64,000 bases of DNA from Andalucia godoyi And28 (lineage: Eukaryota > Protista > Jakobida): the NCBI GenBank assembly GCA_009859145.1, contig VRVR01000039.1, forward strand, positions 128,284 to 192,283. The letters are read 5' to 3'. Shown piece after piece: positions 18,995 to 28,168 of the stretch. The notes below the pieces were generated by a model. It had not been told where the DNA came from, searched no databases, and saw only the letters and a program-made list of their open reading frames with translations. Numbering within the stretch: position 1 is the stretch's first letter; each line of letters opens with the position of its first letter. The translations under genes were made by a program, and so were the position numbers.

Positions 18995-20839
18995 ATGTCA
19001 GATCCTTCGCTTGCAAGATCGATTCCTGTGAGCACCTTTAGCTCCGCCTCAGTTGCTGGTCGTGAAAAATCAAGAAGGGGAACGTTGGCTGAAAATTCAT
19101 TGCTTGGCTCAAAACTTCCGAGAGATGAAATTCCTGAAGATGCCGCTTTTGATGTTGAGCCTCTCACTGCAATGGAGCTGATTCCACGCCGGCACGCATT
19201 GCAGTCACAGGCTGTTTCTGAAGCTCCTTTTATTCCGGTTTTCCATGTACATTCCAAGAAAAATACTTCCGATTTGCAGCCTAATCCTTCGTCAGCACTC
19301 AGTGCGCAACCTGGAAACGGTCCGAATAATCTTCACGCTGCAGTCAATGGGTTGAAATCTTCAAACGCTATTCAAGAGGCTCGTCCATTCATAGAGCCGT
19401 TAAGCTCAAAAAGACAGTTTCTGATTCCGATACGGCCGCCTCCCCCTTCAATATCGGAAGAATTGATGGAACAGGGCCGCAGCGCCAGAAAACACTTGGC
19501 GAGTCCTATCGGAGAAGACATCCATTCTGGAGCAGCTGATGCTGTCTCTGGGATCTCGCAGTCTACGTATCCTCATACTTCCTTCAAGACTTCTCTGTTG
19601 TCTCAACATACAGCACGCCATCGAGATCATTTACAGAGTGTTATGGAAGAAGTTTCTGTAGACATTCGACCATTAACGAACATTGATTTGAGGTATCCTT
19701 CGCTTGAACATTCTGTAGGGCAGAGTGCGATTTCCAATTCGAGTAGCCCCAACGACGAACTGACAAATCTTGGCAAGGATCGAGTTGCGTCGTACCATTA
19801 CCAGGCGTCCCCGGAAATGACGACCACCGAGCCAGAGCATGCGACATCTTCAAAAAAGAGGCTTTTTTTCTGGATTTTCGTAATCCATGTGATCGCCTTT
19901 TGGTGCTTGGTTTGTTTTTGCATGTACACCTTTCTCTATCTTCGGAACGTAGATTCTATGCAATACGGGAATATCCAATCAACATCTTTGTCAGCTGGGA
20001 AGATAGAGTCAAAATCTGTGGTCGTATCTCAAACGGGGTCTCAACATATTCCCGTTCAATCTGATACCTCATCCTCCGCAGTTCTGATTAAGAGTGCTGG
20101 GGTGAAATCCAGTTTTAATCTCGTAGATGGCGAACAATCTGTCCAGTTGGCTTCTGCTGAAGGAATATTCACTCTCACCGTGAATCACAGTACAGTCGTG
20201 AAGTCCACGCAATCGGATACTTTCATTATGGGAAACCTGATAACGAATAACCTGTTCGCGAGCTCTCTGAACCTCTCACAATCAATCCTCTTCCACCAGA
20301 TCCCCGCAGTTCACGCAATAATGGGATCTCCGGCACAGTCCATGATGCCCAGAACCACCAGTTCTACAGAGATACGATTGACGTATGACGCGGGAGAACT
20401 CGACATTTCAGTCATGCAATCAGCTGTCCTTCATGTGAATCAGGATGTCCACATAACGCCTTACAGGGTCAATGGTAGTGTATTTCTTCAGGAAATGGTG
20501 GTTGATGCGGAGAGTTTGAGATGGAAAGGGTTCCGACTGTCGGTGATCGATGAAGGAGCTGTGAAATTTACGTCGCCGGGAACGTTCTTTTTCGTGTCGG
20601 CCAGGAACGCTCCTTCGTCAAAGGACACCCTGGAATTACCGGTAATGGAAGACTCCGCCAGTGAATCGGGCAGCCCACGATGCAACATCGTCGCGGACGG
20701 AAATGTAGCCGTCCTCAATTGCATGGAATTTGAAGCGTCCAGGGATGTGGCTCTGATATCATTTGTAGTCACACCCATTCGGAACTTCGTGTTCAACGGT
20801 GAGCATTGCATTATATCAGAATTACCGACTGACAACTGA
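18995..20839 (+). CDS. paralogue 2 of the 9212 protein (N-terminal part only; homology ends at 20603)
   Basis: Same architecture: TM FFWIFVIHVIAFWCLVCFCMYTFLYL, homologous beta region, then the identical in-frame 53-codon box. The last ~78 codons are merely the antisense of paralogue 3. Confidence 0.75.
   Translation: MSDPSLARSIPVSTFSSASVAGREKSRRGTLAENSLLGSKLPRDEIPEDAAFDVEPLTAMELIPRRHALQSQAVSEAPFIPVFHVHSKKNTSDLQPNPSSALSAQPGNGPNNLHAAVNGLKSSNAIQEARPFIEPLSSKRQFLIPIRPPPPSISEELMEQGRSARKHLASPIGEDIHSGAADAVSGISQSTYPHTSFKTSLLSQHTARHRDHLQSVMEEVSVDIRPLTNIDLRYPSLEHSVGQSAISNSSSPNDELTNLGKDRVASYHYQASPEMTTTEPEHATSSKKRLFFWIFVIHVIAFWCLVCFCMYTFLYLRNVDSMQYGNIQSTSLSAGKIESKSVVVSQTGSQHIPVQSDTSSSAVLIKSAGVKSSFNLVDGEQSVQLASAEGIFTLTVNHSTVVKSTQSDTFIMGNLITNNLFASSLNLSQSILFHQIPAVHAIMGSPAQSMMPRTTSSTEIRLTYDAGELDISVMQSAVLHVNQDVHITPYRVNGSVFLQEMVVDAESLRWKGFRLSVIDEGAVKFTSPGTFFFVSARNAPSSKDTLELPVMEDSASESGSPRCNIVADGNVAVLNCMEFEASRDVALISFVVTPIRNFVFNGEHCIISELPTDN
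20445..20603 (+). repeat. 159-bp exact direct repeat, copy 2 (partner 10248-10406)
   Basis: Encodes VHITPYRVNGSVFLQEMVVDAESLRWKGFRLSVIDEGAVKFTSPGTFFFVSA in the same frame in both genes. Confidence 0.95.
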
Positions 20840-21606
20840 AAGGTTTCGGAAACAGAACTCATAGTGACGGAGCTTTTCGTTTCTTGCAACACCAATCTGG
20901 CCCCCTGATCTGCAGCTTTGACAAACAGTTCAGAGGTTGAGTTAAGGGACTGCAATATAACTTCCTGAGATTCCGCTCGCGAAACAACAAGGGAGTTTGC
21001 TGCTGCAGAACCCGATGTTAGGGAATCTGCGTGAAAATTCTCAAATCGATTCTCGTGAACATGCCGCGCATAAATAAAGATGTATATACAGAACGCGCAT
21101 AGCAACCAAAATGCAAAGATGTGGACGATTGCAACTGCTCTAACGTAGTTGATGCGCGCCTTTCGATCCGTGTTCCGGGTTTTCCTTGCAATAGCCGCAG
21201 TCGCAGAAGTGGAATTTGAGAACATCTGCGGTAGTTCTGCGTTATCAGCGTTGTCCGCACGCCTTCGAGGCGAGAAGGTAGAAAGATGTTCCATTCTTGT
21301 CAACGGTTGAATCTCCACAGCGCTCACGGCAGTGGTGGTGGGATACATTTCGCCAGTTCTTGAAAAACCTTCGAAGTTGTCGAAAACTGGAGGATGACAA
21401 GAGTTCTCATCAAAAGACACGCTCCTTTCGTTAATTTCTTCCACACGGGAAGAGGTCAATTTTCGGTTCCGGACATCCGTTAACTCTGCGGAAATAGCAG
21501 GCGGAGGTGGACGGACAGGAATCATGAGATGTCGGTGAGGAGAAGAAAAAGCACCGATTTGCTGTTTTTGACTCCTGTTTACAGCGCCACCAACGGTATT
21601 TTCCAT
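20488..21606 (-). CDS. paralogue 3 of the 9212 protein (truncated; homology ends at ~20604)
   Basis: First ATG at 21606 (MENTVGG). Shares IPVRPPPPAISAEL with paralogue 2 (IPIRPPPPSISEEL), TM AIVHIFAFWLLCAFCIYIFIY, and GARLVLQE with paralogue 1. Runs into the antisense of the 159-bp box and stops at 20488. Confidence 0.7.
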   Translation of the reverse strand: MENTVGGAVNRSQKQQIGAFSSPHRHLMIPVRPPPPAISAELTDVRNRKLTSSRVEEINERSVSFDENSCHPPVFDNFEGFSRTGEMYPTTTAVSAVEIQPLTRMEHLSTFSPRRRADNADNAELPQMFSNSTSATAAIARKTRNTDRKARINYVRAVAIVHIFAFWLLCAFCIYIFIYARHVHENRFENFHADSLTSGSAAANSLVVSRAESQEVILQSLNSTSELFVKAADQGARLVLQETKSSVTMSSVSETFQLSVGNSDIMQCSPLNTKFRMGVTTNDIRATSLDASNSMQLRTATFPSATMLHRGLPDSLAESSITGNSRVSFDEGAFLADTKKNVPGDVNFTAPSSITDSRNPFHLKLSASTTIS

Positions 21607-22069
21607 TTGAATCAAAAGTGTACTGCAGAAATAAACGGAAAAGCGGTGTACAATGGCTGCATGAATGATCGCAGAATGAGGAACAATGCACCGTCGGTTT
21701 CAACGACTTCATTGCGTGGAATGCAAAGGAGATGCTGGATGGTGAGATATTTGAACTCTGTCCGCTAGTGGAAAATCTGGGTTCTTTCGTTTTCTTTTTC
21801 ACGATGGCTGTCACATCACGTCACAGCACAGATGTTGCGAGCACACATCCCCTGCTTAGGTGCGCTTTCTTCTTCTTTTTCTTCTTCAACCCTTGATTGC
21901 TGTTTTTCTGTTTTGCCAGCTGTACGTTGGCGTCTCTTCGCATTCCCTTGTGTTTGATGCCTTTTGTTTCCCTCTCTGTCCAGTTTTTTCCCGTGGCATT
22001 CTGGGAGCAAACCGAGAGATCTGCTTGCGTCTGGCCGGTTGCGTCATGCGATTTGCATCATTGTGAAAT

Positions 22070-24781
22070 ATGTTTCCGTTCAAATGTTCCCTGCGTGACG
22101 TTTCAGTGGATGCATCGCAGCATCATCTTGTGGTGACATCGTCGGATGGTCTTTCTGTTTACTTCACCATCGACTCGCAGCTTGAACTTCAGCGAAACAT
22201 TTTAGGACATGCCTTCCGATCTGCACAATTTTCTCCCCACGCATCAAACGTTTCACAGTTTGCTTCACTTACGTCCCAGTACCTTGAGTTGTGGGATATA
22301 CATGTGGAGGAGCCGTTGCGAACGTTCGATCATTCTGCTCACAGTGTTGAGTGGTCCCCGTTCGATCCGAATGTAGTACTTACGGGCTGTGGGAAGTTGT
22401 GGGACTGGAGAAAGAGAGAGCCGCTCTCTGCACTCTCCGTGTCTTCGTGGGCCACCACATTTGGGTCATCCTCGCTCTCGTGCCTCACATTTAACAAAAT
22501 CAATCCATATCTGATTGCTGGTGTTTGCGGAAATGATGTGCGTGTTTGGGATACGCGCAATCTCTCCACCCTTTACATTCTCGCGCCTCACAGCAAGCCG
22601 GTGCTTTCGATTGACTGGTCTTCAGTGAATCAGAACCTGTTGGTTTCTTCCAGTGCGGATGGACGTGTGAAAGTGTGGGATGTTCGAGATGGCGAAAAAC
22701 CATTGACTACTACTGTGTCTTCCGAGATGAATCCCGTGAATGCGGTGAAGTTTGCACCATTTGGAATTGGGTATCTCTTCTCTTGTAGAAATAATCTCTG
22801 CCTCTACGGTTTACGGGATATTCGTGAGCCGGTTCTGGCTGCCGAGTTCGTGGGCCACACTCGTTCTGTGAAAGGGTTTTCCTTTTTGTCGGATGAGAGG
22901 TTTGTGTCGTTTTCTGAAGATAATTCTCTTCGTTTTTGGACTGTTGATCCAGTTGCAGTGGAAGCGTGTGGAAATACAAAGGTCGAATTTACACGGGGTC
23001 GCAAAGTCCCATTCTCCCGTACCGAAGTATCTCGCGCATTGCCAGCAGAGAATTCTGTTGAAGCTGATCGTCCACGGCCTGTGCAGAATGTGCAGTTGCC
23101 TCCTTCAGTCCTCGACACGTTTGTCAGCAAGCCAGATATGTCCCTTATTTCCGATGAGAGTGTTCTGTCATTCCTTCGGTCTCTGGACGGCGTGGTTTTT
23201 CTTGAGCAGTACTACATGGGCACTATTGCACAACCAGCCCAACGTGAGGTTGTCTTTCAATTATCCATTTTTCCTTTTGTTTTTCGGTTTGAAATGTCTT
23301 TCGTTGCCGGCCAGCTTTTAGGGGTGGTTTACATCCGATTTTTGTCCGTTTCTCCTCCTGTCTTGAATGCTGGGCTTCTGTCTTCGATGCTGTCTTTGGA
23401 CTGTCACTATTCTCAAGACACGATCTCCCCCTTTTCTCGTTTAAGAGCATTTGTGTCTGCTTTGTTTGTTTCTCTGCATCGAGATGTACCTCCGTCACTT
23501 TCTAACCAGGATTTGGAGCCGCCTTTGGAAATGAGTTCTAGTGAATCAATACATTCCACCGAGCCTGTTTTGGAAGCCAACGATTCTTCTCGACTGTCTG
23601 CTCATCAAAGCGGGGATCATCTCGTTCCATCTCCCCGTCTTTTTGGATTATCCTTCTGGTCTGGAACATCGACATTTGTCAGGTTTGAAAATCCTTCCTC
23701 CGCACTGCTTCAGCAGTCACGATCATTTGCTGAGTACCAATCCATTCGATCCGAAGAAGTAAGACATGCGCTCGAACTTTCAAGGACTTTGCAACTTGAT
23801 GCCCAGTCTTCCAAGGCATTGGATATCGAACAGTACTTTTCCAATGTTTTTGCTTTTGCTTCTTCGTCCACTACCACGCCGTCGTCTCATCTTGCAGGAC
23901 TGGGTAGTAGCGACACGAAGAAAATGACAGGTACGTCTGGAAAAACTCTCCTAGGCAGTTCTCTTTCAATTCGTCCGCCTGCATCTTCGGATGTGTCTGT
24001 TTCTGGCTCTAAGATTTTGTTGGGTTCTTCCAATGTTGGGCTCGATACCAACTTGCTTTGTCGCTTGTATAGCATCCAGGGTCTTCCTTCTGATGTCGCT
24101 CTTTTGAATCTGAAGGTTGCTTCTGACTGCTTTGGAAATTCCCAATGCGCGGCCATCGCGACGTGGGAATTTGCCACGCGTCTTTGTCATGGTATGGATT
24201 GTTCATTCGACGTCAAGTTTGGGTATTCTCATCCGTTTATTGAAGGAATGGTGATGCACATTTTCGGGCGTTTGATTGCAGAACGAGATTTCATTTCGGT
24301 ATCGTTCTTCTTGTGTTGGATTATTCAGCAGCCTCGGCTCCGCATGATTGTTGAGCGATCTCAGGACTATTCGTTTTACTCGGATGTTGTTTCACGATTT
24401 TGTGATCTCCTTTGCGGCTTGCAGTTATGGACTAAATATGCAGAAGTCATGAAAATCATGTCGTTGTACGATGATGTGCTCAGTCGAAGGGTTCGAACAA
24501 CAACCGAGGCGATTGTGTGCTCGGTGTGCCACCGTCGGGCCCGTGGACTTGTGTGCGTGTGTCCATGCTGCGGTCATGGTGGTCACCTATCTCATGTTCT
24601 TGAATGGTTTAAGTGCGTTGATGACCGGCTGTTGATATCATGTCCATGGCCAGGGTGTGGTTGTGAGTGTCATCGTCATACTGATTCTTGGATGCAGGAG
24701 GATACTTCAAATTTCCGTAACCCGTTCAAAATGCAGTCCGTCTTATTTGGTCACAACCAGAACGATGCGTTTCAAATGTAA
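22070..24781 (+). CDS. WDR59: GATOR2/SEA complex subunit WDR59 (Sea3)-like: WD40 + RWD-like + C-terminal RING
   Basis: WD40 repeats (HSKPVLSIDWS, SSSADGRVKVWD, FVGHTRSV..DNSLRFW), VPSPRLFGLSF motif, HPF motif and C-terminal CSVCH..CGHGGHLSHVLEWF..CPWPGCGCEC. Confidence 0.75.
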   Translation: MFPFKCSLRDVSVDASQHHLVVTSSDGLSVYFTIDSQLELQRNILGHAFRSAQFSPHASNVSQFASLTSQYLELWDIHVEEPLRTFDHSAHSVEWSPFDPNVVLTGCGKLWDWRKREPLSALSVSSWATTFGSSSLSCLTFNKINPYLIAGVCGNDVRVWDTRNLSTLYILAPHSKPVLSIDWSSVNQNLLVSSSADGRVKVWDVRDGEKPLTTTVSSEMNPVNAVKFAPFGIGYLFSCRNNLCLYGLRDIREPVLAAEFVGHTRSVKGFSFLSDERFVSFSEDNSLRFWTVDPVAVEACGNTKVEFTRGRKVPFSRTEVSRALPAENSVEADRPRPVQNVQLPPSVLDTFVSKPDMSLISDESVLSFLRSLDGVVFLEQYYMGTIAQPAQREVVFQLSIFPFVFRFEMSFVAGQLLGVVYIRFLSVSPPVLNAGLLSSMLSLDCHYSQDTISPFSRLRAFVSALFVSLHRDVPPSLSNQDLEPPLEMSSSESIHSTEPVLEANDSSRLSAHQSGDHLVPSPRLFGLSFWSGTSTFVRFENPSSALLQQSRSFAEYQSIRSEEVRHALELSRTLQLDAQSSKALDIEQYFSNVFAFASSSTTTPSSHLAGLGSSDTKKMTGTSGKTLLGSSLSIRPPASSDVSVSGSKILLGSSNVGLDTNLLCRLYSIQGLPSDVALLNLKVASDCFGNSQCAAIATWEFATRLCHGMDCSFDVKFGYSHPFIEGMVMHIFGRLIAERDFISVSFFLCWIIQQPRLRMIVERSQDYSFYSDVVSRFCDLLCGLQLWTKYAEVMKIMSLYDDVLSRRVRTTTEAIVCSVCHRRARGLVCVCPCCGHGGHLSHVLEWFKCVDDRLLISCPWPGCGCECHRHTDSWMQEDTSNFRNPFKMQSVLFGHNQNDAFQM

Positions 24782-24808
24782 AACATGTAAATGCGAAAAA
24801 CAAATTCA

Positions 24809-26622
24809 CTAGTATCCACCTTGATCTCCGAACAATGCATTAATTGCAGCATTGTTGGGATTTACAGGACCCCAAATATCAGGATGATCCCGTGCAACTT
24901 CTTCCCAGAAGTACTTCGCGAACAAGTTGTTCGAAACCTGCGATGGATGAAATCCATCAATGGGCTCGATTAGTTCCCAAGCTTGGCCCCCTTGGGCTTC
25001 CCAGATCTTCAAAACGGCAGCAACATCGTAAGGATAATAGACCATCTTGAAATTCTTAAAAGTATTCTCCTGAATAATCTTTGGATAAATCGCACTCAAG
25101 ATTGCTGCTCTTTCGGAGGTCAGATCACGAATTGTTTCATTCGTATTCATCCAGCCTCTGCACGGGGAAATGCTCAAGCAATTCAAATAGGAGTACACGT
25201 CTTCGTAAGTGACGCCGATCGGATGAGTTCTTGCATGCATCGTGTCCCAGAGGATACGTCCATCGACCAACCCAATCAGTATCACCGACGATCCACTCGG
25301 CAACTTTGTGTCCAGCCAGTTCAGCGTCTTGAGAACAGAAGCTTCAAAGTCTGTGGGCTGGGTCCACCGTAAATCATCATGTCCATTGCAGACATCATTG
25401 CCAATGAGCGCGTGAAAAACCACAGCCGGATTATCTGTAAGCTGATTTCGGTTCATGGAATCTTTGATGCCGTCTGCCATCGATCCAACTCTTGCGCCGT
25501 TCACACCGATATTTTGAAAGTCTCGGTGATTGCACCGGTTCGTCTGTCTCAATCTGAGATAGATTGAATCCACAGGACCCGGAACATCGCCAGTTTGATC
25601 CGTTGTATGTCCCGTGTAAGATCCTAAATGAGGCCAATCCAACTCATTCTCCAATGCCCAGAGCAGCCAATCAAACGTCCCCTTGCCAATAAGCGAAGCA
25701 TTCATCCACGAAGACGGAATCCGGAAATCTAAAATTGAACATAGAATAGCCCAACAATGAAAAACACCAAAACAAACTCCATAAGGATGAACTGTTCAAA
25801 AATGCATTAAACCCACATAAAAAAGAAAAACAAAAAGTACATACGAGCAGTCGCAGAATCTCCCAGAGCGATCAGGCCGCGGGGAGCCGTTCCCTTACAC
25901 AGCAGATCCTTGAACGACTCTCCACGAATATTGATTCCTTTGATTCCGTTGCAGTTATAGTCAACAAACGGGTCGCGCTTGGCCTGAACATTGCGTCCAG
26001 GATACACTGCGGCATCCTCGTCATTGCAGTCTGCCCCACGCCAGCTGGTACCACGGAACGTATCGAGCGTAGAGAAAAAGTCCTCGTCAAGATCCACCAG
26101 CGGTTCATGTGAGTCAAACACGCGAAGAAGCTGTTCCTTAATCCAATCCCACGGATCCGTTCCACCGATAGAAGACGTCAGAATCTTCTGCAGTCGCACT
26201 TCTTCTTCCTGCAGCGCGGACAATGAGCGTCTGGGAGATGAAGACGGCTTCGGAAAGACTTGGCACTGCGGCCACTGATCGCATATCTTGATTCTTCGGC
26301 AAGCCTCGTCTGCACCAACTTTCTGGTCGATCAAGTTGATCACCAAAGGACCGAACTTGTCAACAAGATTTTGACAAGGCGTCTTGAGAGCGACGGGAAA
26401 CCAGTCGCAGACTTCGGCTACAGTTTTCGCGATTCCCTGCGCGTGAATGTCGGAATACTGTTCGAGAAGACCGACAACGATCGTGCATGCCGCGCAACTC
26501 GTTGGATTCGGAGAATCGCCTGTCAGCAGACCAGGACCGTTCCAGAAAAATGCCCGAGACGAAGAAACAAACAGGGCAAAGATGAGACAAAGCCCACACA
26601 ACAGTGACCCAGAGCGCCGCAT
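24809..26622 (-). CDS. AOAH: acyloxyacyl hydrolase (LPS deacylase); join(25845..26622, 24809..25728)
   Basis: Signal peptide, saposin-B domain (CAACTIVVGLLEQ), GDSL motif GDSATAH completed by splicing, GVNGAR, GNDVCNGH and IEPIDGFHPSQ. Spliced length 1698 nt = 566 codons. Confidence 0.95.
25729..25844 (-). other. spliceosomal intron in AOAH (116 nt, phase 1)
   Basis: GTATGT...TTTTAG; removal joins C|AT to give His in GDSATAHFRIPSSWMNA. Confidence 0.92.
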
Positions 26623-26720
26623 ACTATCAAAATATTCCCTTTTTTTCCCTTCCCCTTTCCCTTTTCTCTCCTCTCTTTCTCACAAGAAAAGAAAAGAAAA
26701 AGCCTTTTTATTACTACTAT

Positions 26721-26742
26721 TATATATATATATATATATATA
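26721..26742. repeat. (TA)11 microsatellite
   Basis: Read directly, between divergent genes. Confidence 0.9.
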
Positions 26743-26991
26743 TTGGGCATGAAAAATGCCCGGGTAGCGCAAACCGCAAAAAATGAGAGGCTGCTGGACT
26801 GGGCTCCAGCCCCTAGCGGATTTGAATAGGAAGGCAGCTGTCATGCATCACGTGAGGCCATGCAGGTTCAAGCTGGGAAAATGAGACATGGAAAGTGTTG
26901 AGATTCTCAAGATTTTTTAATACTTCGTTTTGGCTTTTGGTATCTTGTTTGTGGTCAAGACAGGCCATTTTCTTGCGACGCAGTTGGAGAA

Positions 26992-28116
26992 ATGTCGAAT
27001 GTGTCAGAGGCGGTTGCGTCCAGTAGCTCGGAGGTCGACGAGTTGTTGGAAGAAGAATCATCTTTCTGGGGATCTGTGTGGGGGGCCGCGTCTCGGATAA
27101 CACAGAAAATTCAGAAATCTGTGGATGGAATCATTGCACCCGTTGAAGCACCCAGTCCCACTGGCCGCGAGGATCAACCTCCAGCAGAGAATCCACCTGT
27201 GCAAGAGCATGTTCTGGGTTCGGACGATGTGATTGAGTCTGATGCTGACGAATCCAAAAAAACTGGACTGTTTTCGTACTTTGCCAACAGCGACGAGTTC
27301 CGATTTGTCAGCAAACTTGCTTCCCAGGTTGCTTCAGATGCGATGAAGGTCTTGAATTCAGATATATCTGCACTGGCAGGTCCGACAACGGAGACCGAAT
27401 CGTTCGACAATTTAAATGACGCACTGCGTTCGGCAGACCAGGCTGCGCCTGTGCCTGAAGCAATGGAAGACACGCCAACCAATGCCGGCGACAGCATGGA
27501 TGGAGGATTCTCCATGTCGGAACTGAATAGCACTTTGGACGTGGGAGCAAAAGAGCGGGATGAAGAAACTGGTTCGTTTGATTCCAATTTCAGAAAGCAA
27601 GGAGGCATCGATCTATTGGAGAAGTTTGGAGAGCTCAATTCTGCTTTGGAAGGTACCGTCGTCGATCCGTCCGTTATCAAAAAGTTAAGGATTCCACAAG
27701 ATGCTCTTGATCTGTCGGTGAACACGGAATTGCTTGAGAAACTCCCCTTCCGCATTCAGGACCATCAAGGGGTTGCGGAGAATGTTGTTTCCGCAATGAG
27801 ATTCTTATTTGAATTTGCAGAGAATCTGTCGTCTACGAAGAAAGTTCCGGAGTGGTTCCGAGAAGTTAAACTGTGTTTTGCAGTCTCATATTCCGAAGAA
27901 TTTTCCACACCCCCCGATTCGCCACGCGATCTAAATCTGGATCTGGTGTTGCAAGATGCTGTGCATTTGCAGTTGTTTGTCGAGTTTGTGATTCAGCAAA
28001 TCGAGTCCGTGATTCGAAGCAGGAAGCTCGATGTTTCTCTTTCCGGGGAAATACGCAGCATTTTTTCTGATTGTGTGGAGCCGTTCGCGGCGTTGTTTAC
28101 GCAGATTGAGCGGTAA
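26992..28116 (+). CDS. FAM114A-like protein (tentative)
   Basis: 374 aa, acidic; SFWGSVWGAAS N-terminal motif and SFDSNFRKQGGIDLLEKFGEL resemble FAM114A/DUF719 segments. The coding call is solid, the family call tentative. Confidence 0.5.
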   Translation: MSNVSEAVASSSSEVDELLEEESSFWGSVWGAASRITQKIQKSVDGIIAPVEAPSPTGREDQPPAENPPVQEHVLGSDDVIESDADESKKTGLFSYFANSDEFRFVSKLASQVASDAMKVLNSDISALAGPTTETESFDNLNDALRSADQAAPVPEAMEDTPTNAGDSMDGGFSMSELNSTLDVGAKERDEETGSFDSNFRKQGGIDLLEKFGELNSALEGTVVDPSVIKKLRIPQDALDLSVNTELLEKLPFRIQDHQGVAENVVSAMRFLFEFAENLSSTKKVPEWFREVKLCFAVSYSEEFSTPPDSPRDLNLDLVLQDAVHLQLFVEFVIQQIESVIRSRKLDVSLSGEIRSIFSDCVEPFAALFTQIER

Positions 28117-28168
28117 AGAAGATAAACATATATAAATAACTGTACATCGAGGTTGGCGGGTTGGGAAA

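Noticed and set aside
20604-20839. Unique C-terminal domain of paralogue 2
   Set aside because: It is just the antisense reading of paralogue 3 beyond the junction.
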